This document shows, in pieces, positions 36,743-50,651 of a DNA stretch of 64,000 nt. The first letter of the stretch is position 1. Every line of letters begins with the position of its first letter. The stretch spans positions 2,277,830-2,341,829 of the forward strand of contig NC_068989.1 of NCBI RefSeq assembly GCF_001194135.2, read 5' to 3'. Source of the DNA: Octopus bimaculoides. Lineage: Eukaryota. The translations under genes and the position numbers were made by a program. The notes under the pieces were generated by a model, which was not told the DNA's origin, made no database searches, and saw only the letters and a program-made list of their open reading frames with translations.

Positions 36743-38297
36743 TTTTATAGTTATCTATTTTACTTGAAAAAACAAACATCATCTTCCTGGTATCTGACAA
36801 TATCAACAAAAATATTTTATGATCAACAAGTTGCAGATACTGGAGTGATTTCCCCTTTAAATTTTCAGCTTAACGCTGCAGAAGCAAAAACAAACGTGCC
36901 TTGTTTTCCAACAATCTGTACGTACAACTACCTCATCCAAAGGATTTTCCATACACCTAGGATGTTCAGGGACGTTAAAAGGGGCCAAGAGGTGTTGTAA
37001 TTGTTCCAGTGTTCTTGATGTTCAAAGAAAGTTGTTGGAAACATTGCTTGAGACACATTCTACGGCAACTGCTCTGCAACTAAAAGACACAAATAGATAT
37101 TTAAAGTGAAATGTGTCTGCTGTATATTTTCTCTCTACCATTTATAAATGTCATGCCCTCATTATCCAGCGAAGTACATTGACTTAAATACATCCATAAC
37201 AGGAAATAATACCCAACATTCAGCGATACAGACCATAGCGTGATTTTTATTTACCTCTATATTCTGAAGCAGATTCGAATGCATAATATTATAAGTTTCA
37301 AACTTTGACACAAGGCCAGCAGTTTCCTAAGGGGTCCCACCCGCAACTACAATGCTATCATTTATTTTTTGTTCTTTTCAACTGTCTACAAACACAGCTA
37401 GGCTGAAATAATTAATGCATTCCTCCAGGAGGGAATAAACAATTCTCAAACTTGAAGAGATAGGCCCCTTAGATACTAACATGAGACTCCATATATGGAT
37501 TCTAATGGCGCATGGGGCCCACTATTGGGAAAGCTGGCAACCTGATCATTCCACCACTGTAACCTTTAATATTTGCACACTTATCCACACAAGTCGTAAA
37601 CATCACTGACAAGTTTCGTTAGAGATTTTCAGCCATCGTTTCTTTGTTTCGAACATTATTTTTTCTTTAAATAAAGAGCAACTTCATTGAGACAGGGTCA
37701 CATATTTTCTAAAAAAGTTATTTATTCTCAATTGAATCCATTGCAAACAATTGGTATATTTTATATTTGACTAGAGAAATGTAGTAACATTTTTAGACTG
37801 GCACTGTACCGCATGTTTCTGCAGATTCAATCATAACGCAGACTACAATAAAGATTTCTCATAGTAAAACAAGGCTAAGAAATTAACAGGGGAATAATTC
37901 AGTGAACTTCGGTAACATGAATAACTGTATCTGTATGGCTTAGTTTCAAAGCTCTCACAAGGGAATTTGATCGTAAAACAATGAAGATATAAACTATAGT
38001 TTCTCATCAACTGAACCTGTCATTGCATTATTCCTAATGTAGTTGACAAGGAAAAGCACAACAATCTTTCTACATTTAGATCCTTACGTTTCAAGGTTCT
38101 TCCGACTCAGAGGGATCATTGTCATAACTTCTCTCCGGAGCTGTCGACTGTTTTCTCTTTTATTTCATGTTAAACGCATGCTGTCCGAAATTAGCAANNN
38201 NNNNNNNNNNNNNNNNNNNNNNNNNNNNNNNNNNNNNNNNNNNNNNNNNNNNNNNNNNNNNNNNNNNNNNNNNNNNNNNNNNNNNNNNNNNNNNNNN

Positions 38298-38339
<42 letters not shown>

Positions 38340-39623
38340 GAGAAGTATTTTATCCTTCTGATAATCCGTGGTTCAATCAGTCCCCCTCCTTTCAATTTTA
38401 ATCTCCCTCTAGCATGTGAAGTATGGGTCAATCCTCTTTCTTCCAGAATTCAAATCCAGTTTTCCATATAATTTTCTGTTGCAATGATGATAAATGTCGG
38501 GCTGGAAACGTAATTTGTGTTCAGTGTTTTTAAGCTGGTCATCAATGCTATACAAGAGATTTAATTTTTCTTATCTGTTTCTTGTGATATCAAAAAGAGC
38601 AACTGCCTTCTATAACAGCATTTCTTTTTAACATTTTGCTGCTTCAGGCAACGATATTACTTTGGCTCTGTTGTAATCTGGCAGCAGATTTTATTCTTAG
38701 ATTCTGTCGATCGATCCATCGATCTCAGTATGTTCTTCATTATTAGTTTTTATTCCCTTTGTTGCTGTATTCCAGATTATTCTGGCCACCATAGTATAGT
38801 TTACAAAATGGCAATATCTAGAAAATATTCTGTTAGTTGTCAATTGTTAATGTCTTCAGTTTTAGTTTTACACAGCCTATATTTATTGTCAACTAATGTT
38901 TGTTGCTTTTATAGTAGAAGTCATTTGATCACGGTTTCTTGCGCCTGATTTCAAGGAAATAGCTACCTTGATCAAATGTTGGAAACTGGTGAATCGCTGC
39001 ATTTTTTTAATTCAAGCATGCGTGTACAACAAACTCAAAGGCCTGGACTCTATGTTTTCTTTAGTTGCCATGCTAAGATGGATTTTCTAGTGTTCCTTGA
39101 AGAAATAACACCGTGAAATATATTTTATCTTTCCTCATTCATTATTCTAAAGATATTTTGAAACTGTTCTGAAATTGCACTGCACAATTGTTGCTCTTTA
39201 CTTTTTTCTATGCTTCAGAGACATAACTGCATCTCATATGATATACTACCACACCACATACCAACACACCACACCACACCACACTACTCCGCACACTAGC
39301 ACTGACCACTTCCCAGCACCTACACATGCACACACCTACACATGCACACACGCACACGACAAGTCACCAGCCCCCTTCCACACGCACAGAACGCTCTCAC
39401 ATACACACGCACGCGCACCTTCGTTTTGGGTGTATACATATATTTAAGTATAAATAAGAGGAGAGACCACTAAGTGGACTTCTTGTATGTTAAAAATAGA
39501 CGTCAAACCGTCCTACCATGAAAAATGTATTCTCAAATTAGCTAGAAGCTAGATGATTACGAGGTAGAGAAATGAAATGAAATAAATTGATATTATTTAA
39601 TAATATTAACTTCTACCATTTTA

Positions 39624-39657
<34 letters not shown>

Positions 39658-39785
39658 NNNNNNNNNNNNNNNNNNNNNNNNNNNNNNNNNNNNNNNNNNN
39701 NNNNNNNNNNNNNNNNNNNNNNNNNNNNNNNNNNNNNNNGAGAGAGAGAGAGAGAGAGAGAGAAAGAGGGGGAGAGAGGTAGACT

Positions 39786-39837
<52 letters not shown>

Positions 39838-40212
39838 TGGATATATTAAATCTATGGGGATATAGTTATATATCAACTATTTGTATATTTAATATGCAGG
39901 TGATAGATATTACATCATAAACTGCTATTGCGTGGACTAAGATCCCTTTTAACATACTACTGATAAGTTGTTGAAAATTTTATAGAATGCACATTTGAAG
40001 TTTCAGTACTTTGAACACATTTTTTTGAGGATTTGAGGTAGAATCATCTAGATCCTACAACTTCGTCTAGTATAACCTTGGTACTAACATAATCGTCCCA
40101 GAGAAAATAGCATACAGACCATATGAGAAACGAACTGATATTAAACACTTCCACCATTTTTTCCACTCCGGCAACGATATAACTATGATATGATGTTTTT
40201 GTTTTCACACAG

Positions 40213-40319
40213 GACATTCAAATTGAATTATTTCTTGCCTTGAGAAATGAAATCAGTCAAAATTCCAACGCCATTTTTCTCGTTGTCAATCTGAATTATT
40301 TCAGCGATGTCAAATTCTT
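40213..40319 (+). CDS. Candidate internal coding exon (exon b)
   Basis: Acceptor GTTTTGTTTTCACACAG. The phase 0 start matches exon a. It reads DIQIELFLALRNEISQNSNAIFLVVNLNYFSDVKF plus 2 nt. The GT donor at 40320 and the alternative GTs at 40326 and 40344 are all phase 2. Confidence 0.5.
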
Positions 40320-41154
40320 GTATTTGTATTTATCTAATATGACGTATACAGTTGTTTCTGTAAAATTATTTAGTGTACGCCATTATATATTGTCGTATTC
40401 TTTTATTCTCTAAATTTTAAAATATATATATTCTCTAGCAAGTATTTGAATATTGAATGACTTCTCAAATTCCAAGCAACCTACAGAAAACTGGTAACAA
40501 AAAAAAGGAGTGAAGCACCTAAATATGTCCCTCAATGATGCAACAGTATGCGCCTATATATGTTAACCGACAGAAAGGTAGTATTTTTGTCATGTTTTTA
40601 ATAGACATGACTCTAAGAACGATTACAAAAATGAGTAAGAACACCATAACTAAGTAATCCTAAGGTCCTTTTAGCCTTTTTCTTATTTCTGCTACTGATG
40701 TCTACTTTTTTGATAAATCAAATTCTTAACATAAATTTATTGTCTTTCCGTATGAAACCATCGTATAGCTAATTGAATAAAGGTAATTAAAATCCATATT
40801 GACATGTGATCTCCATTTACGAACAATATGACTGAATTTGTTGAACTTTCTTTTTTTAGAAGTTAAATCATATATTTAACACACACACGCGCACACACAC
40901 ACACACACACATACACACACACACACATATATATATATACATATATATATATATATGTATACAGATTGACACTCCCACGCACACACAGACGCATATATAT
41001 GTGTGTGGGTGTGTGGGAGAGAGAGAGGGAAAACGAAAGTGAGAGAGAGAAAGAGAGAGAGAGAGAAAGANNNNNNNNNNNNNNNNNNNNNNNNNNNNNN
41101 NNNNNNNNNNNNNNNNNNNNNNNNNNNNNNNNNNNNNNNNNNNNNNNNNNNNNN

Positions 41155-41191
<37 letters not shown>

Positions 41192-41440
41192 TAGTGAGAG
41201 ACAGATTGGGCTTGTCTGTGCATACGTGATATTCTATTATTCAGTTAAACTCTACAGATGTAATATTTTAATAGAAAAGCTATCTTTTCTTTGGAAAGCA
41301 ATGGAAGTACTTGACAGAACTATTTTCTTTCGAGTTCTTCAATTAATGGCTGGATGTGATATGCGACCTCATCAATTAAAATTCAAAGCGTGGTATAAGA
41401 TTTTCCTCTTTTTTTATGTTTATGAAATATATATTTTCAG

Positions 41441-41561
41441 TAAGGATTATGTAACAGATCAAGAGTGGAGATGGATTCAACGCCGGCTGCATGTTCATGA
41501 TACATTACTAAGTTTAGCGGATCAAATCTGCCAAATTGACGCCAATGTATCGTCAGAATGA
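41441..41561 (+). CDS. Candidate terminal coding exon (exon c)
   Basis: Acceptor ATATTTTCAG, preceded by a T-rich tract. The phase 2 start matches exon b. It reads KDYVTDQEWRWIQRRLHVHDTLLSLADQICQIDANVSSE*. Confidence 0.5.
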
Positions 41562-41983
41562 GAAATGAGAAAGATCAGATTCCTAAATCTTTACCATTTT
41601 CCATATTAAACCAATTCCAATGAGAAACATTCGAGAAAGATACATTATTAATTCGTGAACCATTATTTAAGATAATCTTATTTATATATAAAAGCAACAT
41701 TATTTCATGCTCTTTAGTGAACTTTCGTTTATTGAGGAAAAGTGAAAAATAGTAGATAGCAATTCCCAGCCTACAAAATATAACAAACGTATAAAAGAAT
41801 GTAATTTTCAAAGGTGTTCTCTCCAAACACTATGCTCAGTAGTATTTTTGTTAACTTCACTTCACCACCGCGAGAATCGATCGCTTCAAAGAGCAGAATT
41901 CGAAAAAGAAATCATGCACTTCTTAATTTTTTTTTTTAATATATATATACAAGATTCTAAACGTCGGCTTCTTTATTCGTTTG

Positions 41984-42190
41984 TACTCTAGGCACAAGGC
42001 CCGAAATTTTTGGGGAAGGGGCCAGTCGATTAGATCGACCCCAGAACGCAACTGGTACTTAATTTATCGACCCTGAAAGGATGAAAGGCACAGTCGACCT
42101 CGGCGGAATTTGAACTCAACGTAAAGACAGACAAAATTCCGCTAAGCATTCGGCCAGGCGTGCTGACGTTTCTGCCATCTCATTGTCTTA
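41984..42190 (-). mobile_element. SINE family A, full length, with a 15-bp target-site duplication
   Basis: Full reverse-complement match to the family. It is flanked by GTCGGCTTCTTTATT at 41963-41977 and 42192-42206. Confidence 0.92.
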
Positions 42191-43444
42191 TGTCGGCTTC
42201 TTTATTGAATTCTAAAAGTGTTCGGATAAAACAAAATGTCTGGCAAGATTCGTTGTGGCTCTTTGTATTCTGAGTTCAAATAACGACGTGGTCAGATCCA
42301 GAGTTTTCAAACTGCCTCAGTTTGAATCAGTTCAAATATTACGTTTAAGATTACACGTGAATGTAAAATAGTCAGTAATTAACTCTGTAATATAACAGGC
42401 TCTGTACTTGCTATTCAAAGATGCTAAGTTGCGGGACTCTGAACAAAATCGATTCACAGAATCCTAAGCTGTTAGCGTGGTTCTGGGTGTAATGTTATGA
42501 AATATGTTTATAGTACGTGTTCCTGCAGAAGAGCCGTCCGAATATTTGTGATTTTATGAGTAGCTGTTCATACGATCGTACATCTAAATGTTCATTGTTG
42601 AAAACAGTGGATTCCTCACCGCAGTAAAGTATTCAATGATCTCATAGCTTTCAAAGAATCTGTGGCATTTCTACGTGTATACATGAATATGCATGGGGTA
42701 TATTTTAAAAAGTCTGTGTATGTATTAGCGTTTATAAAACAGTAGTTGAAGGATGATGATGATGATATTGATGATGATGAGGATGATGATGAGGAGGAGG
42801 AGGAGGAGGAGGAAATACAAGAATTATTCAAAGGAGGAAGAAAGAGGAAGAAGAAAAAGAAGGAAGGAAAGTAAAACATGTAAGCGTAACATTAAAGTGC
42901 AGAAGAAACCCGAGGAACAAAAAAAATAAGCAGTTGCATCGTTGTTAAGTTAAAAAGCAGACGATAAAGATAACATCAGAACATTTTTGTTACGGCTATT
43001 GAGATTACACTCCGTTATATTACGACTGAATAAATCAGCCCCTCCTTAAGTGGTCGTTCTAACTGCTAGAAATGTTAGTAAATTCTTTATTTCGTAACCC
43101 ATTGTCTGGAGAACTGCGACTGAATTTGTGATAGTTGTAATGCTTCAAAAAGAAAAGGAAAAAACAAGATATTCGTAATATTTTTATATCGTCAGTTTAA
43201 AGATTAACCTTGGGCTAAACAACAAAAGCAAAAATCTCATTTATTCGGCTGAAGCTTTATGTCAGTGTCTTAAATCCTTGCCAGAGATTGCCAGTGTGTG
43301 TATATTAGTTTAGTTTATGCATGTGTACGAATGTATGTATGTCAGTTGGTGTGCACATGTATGCGCATACATACATGTGTGTGTATATCTGTGTGTTCAC
43401 ACATATGTGTGTGTGTGTGTATGACTGGGTGTGTTTTTGTGTGG

Positions 43445-43498
<54 letters not shown>

Positions 43499-44890
43499 NN
43501 NNNNNNNNNNNNNNNNNNNNNNNNNNNNNNNNNNNNNNNNNNNNNNNNNNNNNNNNNNNNNNNNNNNNNNNNNNNNNNNNNNNNNNNNNNNNNNNNNNNN
43601 NNNNNNNNNNNNNNNNNNNNNNNNNNNNNNNNNNNNNNNNNNNNNNNNNNNNNNNNNNNNNNNNNNNNNNNNNNNNNNNNNNNNNNNNNNNNNNNNNNNN
43701 NNNNNNNNNNNNNNNNNNNNNNNNNNNNNNNNNNNNNNNNNNNNNNNNNNNNNNNNNNNNNNNNNNNNNNNNNNNNNNNNNNNNNNNNNNNNNNNNNNAT
43801 ATATATATGCACGCATGCATTTATCGTTTCACACAGAATACCGATAGATACTGTAAAGTATATTTTATGAAGCTGGTGATGGACTCCCTTGTAGCTCAAA
43901 GATTTTCGCTTTATGCGATCTTTCAGAATTCAAAACCAATGTTTGATAGATAAACTCGTGTTAGAAAATCAACATTATTGACTTCATACCGTCCGTGCTT
44001 GTTCCATTAAATTCCGTATCTTTTGGTTCTCTTTCTTTACCGTTAAATTTGATATTTACTGATTATTTCGTTATTGCTTTCTTTCTGGATTTTTTCCTAT
44101 TCTTTCTTCGATTCTTTATTGCTTTTCTGCCCTCTTTAGATTAATTTTTCCTGTTTTTCTATTTCTTTCATGTATTTTGCTCACCTAAAACGCATACACT
44201 ATTTATATTCAGTCTATCTCTGACTGTAGCTCTGTGTGCGTACGTGGTCGTATACCTATGTGTGTGCGCGCGTTTGTACGTTGTGTGCAGCAAGAAGGTA
44301 GAAAACAATAGACAGTTGTTCAATGAGCAGACAGTAGGAACAAAAGTTGCAGATGCGGTGGATAAGCAAAAATAACATCGCAATTATATCGGACAGAAAC
44401 ATACATTTGGAGACATATAAGTTCACGTCTGATAATTATGCTACATCATGCAAAGAGAAGATAAATAAGAAGAAAAGACAGAAAATAGCGAGAGAGGAAC
44501 AATAAAAAGGAAAATGGAGACCAAAAGTAGAAGAAACTGGTTTAACTGAAGCAACTGCGATAAATAAAATATGGTGGTCGGGGTTACTTGCTTGGTTTAC
44601 AGTACGTCCACCGCTTAAACATTCTGTTATGCTGCTGTCTGCTTTTTATACTCTTTCACTGTCTCAGATTTAGAGAATTTATGTCTATTTCAAAGTTATG
44701 TAGAAGAGATAGAAAGGCGAAGGTCGTAACCTGGCGACTGAATTTAAGTTTACAATAGCAAACAACAGAAAGCATCGAAGGAGACGCTGACATTTGCCAT
44801 GAAACAACTAAAAGAAAGACAGCAAACTCGAGCAGTATATCTATTAGAATAATTTTTTCTTGCTGCAGGTAAATAAATGTTTATACGAAG

Positions 44891-45290
44891 ATGAAACAAT
44901 TAGTGACACCTGAAGCAGAAGGAATAGATTTATTTAATGTCTGTGATGCATCAGAGAAGAATTGTTTTGGACGGCATAATTTTGCAGAATGTTTTCGTTC
45001 ACTTCAATTAATTGTTATTGCAGTGACCACAACTGGAATAGCTGCAACTTGGCTCACAGCTGGAATAAAATCTTGTTCTGCTTTTATGCCTTCAATCAAT
45101 CTTGTACAATGATAGTTCTGTATGCAATATTGGCGAACAATCTGGACAGAGAGGGGCTCTGAAGCCGGTTGAGTTGAATATATGTGATTCATGAATAATG
45201 CATTTGGGCTTTCTATCGCATTTTACATGATTTCTGATGGAATGATTTCAGGTAAACTATGGAGTCATTTCCAAGATGACAATTATTGTT
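44891..45290 (+). pseudogene. Helitron Rep/helicase (PIF1-like) fossil
   Basis: LIVIAVTTTGIAATWLTAGIKSCSAF resembles the Helitron motif IAVASSGIAATLL.GG.TAHS.F. After a frameshift it reads DSSVCNIGEQSGQRGALKPVELNICDS*IMH, resembling the CNI.KQS...LIIWDE..M.H Walker B region. Heavily degraded. Confidence 0.65.
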
Positions 45291-45852
45291 GATTTATATC
45301 CATAAAAAAAAGCATACATTTGGAGACGAGATTTATAAATATATATTTCTATCAAAGTTAGAATTGCACTGAATAAAAACCTGTCCGCAACTATGTTGCA
45401 AATGTTTTTACTTAAATTGGAGTTAATGGGCAGCTTTCACTTCACATCAAGTATGGTGACGTCAATAGAAATGTTCCTGGAATAAAACACTCGGAAGCTC
45501 AAGAAAAGCTATTGAAGGTTTACCGTAAGCTTTCAAAGAATCACAAAAACCAAAAGTGGTTGACATTTTGGTATTCGAAGATGATATTATGCAGGATATT
45601 TATGCCGCCATCATCACGCAATAAGTACTAGCTCAATCCAGAAGGTGTACGTCAGCTCACAGTGGAGTTGACGTTTACAATGCTACCAGCTATCAACCAG
45701 GGTTTCGATTCTTTTCATCCCAGAGATGCCCGTCTTCATACTCAACAATCGAATGTTGGAGCATCCACTGTACGTCTGCTAAATCAAAAAACAAAAAATA
45801 CAAGCTTTTGATGGTTTTATAGATATTTCAAAATTATGATGCTATGATGCTA

Positions 45853-45880
45853 GGTGTTTCTATTATTTTGTCCAACCCCT

Positions 45881-45883
<3 letters not shown>
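45853..45883 (-). mobile_element. Orphan Tc1-type terminal inverted repeat
   Basis: The minus strand reads TA-CAGGGGTTGGACAAAATAATAGAAACACC. No partner TIR was found in the window. Confidence 0.6.
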
Positions 45884-45955
<72 letters not shown>

Positions 45956-46370
45956 AGTTCGTGTTATTTGTGTGTGTGCATGCATGCATGTATATCAATA
46001 GGCACGCTAGGAGTAGGCTAGAAACCCTCGATATGTATTTATGACATAATTTCCTCAATCTTAACTTTTCTAAAATACCCAGTATAATATTTCTCCAACA
46101 CCCATTCAAACACAATCTGATCTATATTGTTCGACTAATTGAGTAATGTATAAACATTCTTTTGTGAATCCTAAAACAAAGCAAAATCCAAGTTCCTATA
46201 GCAAAAATGTCATGATCTGAATTTCACACATCTCTGGCATTTGAAACTCTGAGTTCTATTATGACAACTTATTGATTGTCCTATACTACATATATATATA
46301 AATATATATATATATTCCTCTATTTGCATAATATCGAGGTCTCACTCTTTTCTTGTCATTTTTTAAATTT

Positions 46371-46472
<102 letters not shown>

Positions 46473-46911
46473 CATATATGCATGTATGTACGTATGTATG
46501 TATACGATACAAAGTAACTTTGTGTACCCAAAGAAAATTGTTGATGTAGCTAGACTAGATTTTGGAAGTGCAGTTGAAGTCATTTTTAACATTGTTGATT
46601 ACGGTCTGGAAATTTTCTGTCCAATACTCCTTGTCACATCATATGAATATTTATGATTACGTATTAATTCACATTGAATATATTCTGCATTACGGTTTTA
46701 GATGTAAAAACAGCAGAGACCAGTCTCGATGAGAACTTTATGGCATTGAATTATTGGTGAAGGAGAAATAGGAAGTAATGAAATAATATAAAACCTGTAT
46801 ATTACATTTTGATAAATCAGTTTGCTTGTTTATATCTTTTTTATCACCGAAGCAGAATCTGAGTTGCCTTAGAACCTATATGAATTGTCATTGATACAAT
46901 AATAAAAAAAA

Positions 46912-47015
46912 ATGGCGCAGCTATTACTGAGTGCTTCAGAAACTCGCTTTGCGATCAAGCGGTTTCGTGTTCAGTCCCACAGTGTGGCGACTTGGACGAG
47001 TACCTTTTACTATAT
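46912..47015 (+). mobile_element. Degenerate SINE family B head
   Basis: ATGGCGCAG...GGTTTCGTGTTCAGTCCCACAGTGTGGCGACTTGGACGAGTACCTTTTACTATA. Confidence 0.65.
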
Positions 47016-47131
47016 CTCTATAGAAATAGATAGATGGATACACAGACAGAGAGACAGGCAGATAGATAAATAGATGAATAAATAGATATACAGAGAAAGA
47101 GAGATAGATAGAGAGATAAAAAGAGAGAGAT

Positions 47132-47186
<55 letters not shown>

Positions 47187-50100
47187 GAGAGACAGAGAGA
47201 GAGCTATCTAAATGAAACAGATAAAAATGACAAGAAATATAAATCTGAAATCATTAAAATATCAAAACCTGGTAAGACAAATTATGTAAATGGAAAAGAA
47301 ATAAAGAAGTAAAAATTGTTGTCATAATGAGCAAATTCGTTATAACTTCTTAATTAAAAAATGTTGTTTATTAAAATGTGTTGAAGTGTAAGTCAATTAA
47401 TTAAAACAAATCTATAAATCAATATTGATTTACGAAATGGAATTAGAACGAGATATATAACATTAGCGTATAATTAATAATTCTATAATTAAAAACAAAT
47501 ACAAAACATTACAAATGATTTTAAAAACAAATAACAGAAATTATAATTGATGTTAAGATTATATTAAAAATATTATAAAGATTAAAATATATGAGCCAAA
47601 TATTAAAACATTATTATCCATGTGGCTGTCACGGTATAACAAAATATAACTACGAAAAAAATTTCAGTTTTAGTAATAGCTTAGAAATCTACGAAGTCTT
47701 ACGAAAATGTGGAACAATTTATACTCTGTGGGGAAAAAAAAAACAATGCTGCAAATTCGTTACTTTGTCAGTAGACAGTTTATGGTCAAGTAGCAGAAAG
47801 ATAGTACTAGACAAAAGTCTCCCAAGGTCTTGAATCACTTCTACACTGACCATTTCGTTTCAAAGTTATTCGTAATGGTTTTATACAATATTTATACGCC
47901 ACAGCTTACTTTTATCTTCTTACTGAGTAGTGGTATTTTAGCAAACGCAATTTGTATGGTTCCTTTGTTACACGAGTAACTCTTACTCAAATAAGGTATA
48001 ATTTTTTAATAATACTCTTTTGTTCGTCATATGGCGCATTAGTTCCTTTCAGCTGCAATAGATAACCAGATAAAGTGATACAATTATGCGTAGATGGATT
48101 CTGAAAGTTTATGTGTGACAGTGGTATCTAGTCTTCAAATGACAGGCAGTTAAGTCACTATGCAGTTTGACAGGAGTTAATTCTAACTATACATTTATAG
48201 ATAATATTGTTATCTAGCCACTAGAGGGAACAATTATGAGACGAGTACAGGTGTACTAGCTGTTCGTGTTACTATTACTTTGACAATTAGCTTTGCTCTT
48301 AAGCAGTTTATAACTAAAATAGAAGCATGTTTCGCGGAGTGAAGTGCTTCAAGAATAATGAAACATTATCTTAGCTATTAGAGCAGCTCTCTCGTATTTA
48401 TGCGAGTGACTATACTCTACGAATTGTTTCCGAAGGACAGTTCCTATTCCAAGCCATTGTTAGAGAGTAGCATATATACGATGTTATCTGTAAATCCACT
48501 TCGGATTTATTATAATGTTGGTCGTTAAATATTTGTGCGTTTATTGATTTGCTGTAATTCCTCAGTGTGTCAACATAGGTTTATGCCTGTCTATACACAT
48601 ATATAGTGAGAGGCAATATCTGTTCAAATATATACATATGGACACACACACACACACACAAACACACGCGCACGCGCGCATGCATATACCAATGACTATT
48701 GTGAACTTGGTCTCGATTGAAATGTACTAATATTTACTGATTTACGTATGTCATTTATAAAAGTACCAATTCGCCATTTTGTTTCCGATTCGGTTTGTAT
48801 TTTTCACTTGATTTCACTTCTACGAAAGTTATGTAGATTTCACGTAGGTTAACACTTTACATACACACATACATACATACATACATACTTTTAATTACGT
48901 ATGTATGTATATGCTGATAAACATTTGGGGAAATAATTCAAAGAGCTTCAAATGTCAAGCTAAAAGCCGACAAGAAAGTCGATTTTTCTAGAAATGAACA
49001 GTAAAACATTCAGTCATCTTGCAAATAAAAAACAAATTACAGAAAAAGTTTAATATAAATGGAGCATTTGTTAGAATAATTCGCAGGATTTTCAATAAGG
49101 TCAATAAGTTTAAAATACACATCAAACATGGAAGTAGTATGGAAACAATAGAAAATTCTGTATTAGTTTGGACAGAATATAAAAACCCCAAAGGTTACCT
49201 AAAGTGTTTAAATATAACACAAAAGACAATAAGGATTTTTGATCAACCTTAGAAATCAAACGCCTAATTGACAACAACTTGAATTGTCGAGCAGTGAGGA
49301 ATTAGTTTAAATATTTGTTTTAATGGACATTGCAATTTTTGATTTAATGTGAAACAGGAACAAGGAAAGCCTAGACGCATATGTTTAATAACCGCCTTTC
49401 AATAGAATTGGATGGTATACTTGTCGCAGTAATTATAGAATATTCAGAGGTTGTATATTCAATATTTTATATTTATAAAGTAACATCGTGTAACCATATT
49501 TACATGTGTATTTACGCATATTGAGACTAGCTTCTCTTTAGGGAGTATATNNNNNNNNNNNNNNNNNNNNNNNNNNNNNNNNNNNNNNNNNNNNNNNNNN
49601 NNNNNNNNNNNNNNNNNNNNNNNNNNNNNNNNNNNNNNNNNNNNNNNNNNNNNNNNNNNNNNNNNNNNNNNNNNNNNNNNNNNNNNNNNNNNNNNNNNNN
49701 NNNNNNNNNNNNNNNNNNNNNNNNNNNNNNNNNNNNNNNNNNNNNNNNNNNNNNNNNNNNNNNNNNNNNNNNNNNNNNNNNNNNNNNNNNNNNNNNNNNN
49801 NNNNNNNNNNNNNNNNNNNNNNNNNNNNNNNNNNNNNNNNNNNNNNNNNNNNNNNNNNNNNNNNNNNNNNNNNNNNNNNNNNNNNNNNNNNNNNNNNNNN
49901 NNNNNNNNNNNNNNNNNNNNNNNNNNNNNNNNNNNNNNNNNNNNNNNNNNNNNNNNNNNNNNNNNNNNNNNNNNNNNNNNNNNNNNNNNNNNNNNNNNNN
50001 NNNNNNNNNNNNNNNNNNNNNNNNNNNNNNNNNNNNNNNNNNNNNNNNNNNNNNNNNNNNNNNNNNNNNNNNNNNNNNNNNNNNNNNNNNNNNNNNNNNN

Positions 50101-50261
50101 NNNNNNNNNNNNNNNNNNNNNNNNNNNNNNNNNNNNNNNNNNNNNNNNNNNNNNNNNNNNNNNNNNNNNNNNNNNNNNNNNNNNNNNNNNNNNNNNNNNN
50201 NNNNNNNNNNNNNNNNNNNNNNNNNNNNNNNNNNNNNNNNNNNNNNNNNNNNNNNNTATAT

Positions 50262-50597
50262 ATATCGTTTATTTGTTTCAGTCTTTAAATTGTAGCCATG
50301 CTTAGGGAACCACCTTGAGGAATTTTTAGTCGAATGAATCGACTCCCACATACTTATATTTTTTAAGCCTGCTACTTGCCGAACAGCTATCTAACGGGGA
50401 GGTGTGCATACCTACATGGGCTGTCCATTGGTGATACTTGAGAAACGTACACACACATATTTACATGACGTGCTTCTTTCACCTTCTGTCTTCCAAATCC
50501 ACTCACAAAGCTTTTGTCCAAGGTGTCATGAAGTGGGACTGAACCCGGATTCACGTGGCTGGGAAGCAAGCTTCTTACCACACTGCCACGCCTGCTC
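50262..50597 (-). mobile_element. SINE family B, near full length
   Basis: The head is at 50470-50597 (GGACTGAACCCGGATTCACGTGGCTGGGAAGCAAGCTTCTTACCACACTGCCAC). The 3' body at about 50262-50400 is homologous to 57057-57180. Confidence 0.8.
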
Positions 50598-50603
50598 CTA
50601 TAA

Positions 50604-50651
<48 letters not shown>

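Noticed and set aside
41226-41440. 5' part of ORF 41226-41561 as coding
   Set aside because: It is T-rich and ends in a good acceptor at 41440; interpreted as intron read-through into exon c.
49019-49252. 77-aa ORF as a PLE RT fragment
   Set aside because: Only marginal resemblance (RIFNKVN...SVLVW); no diagnostic motif.
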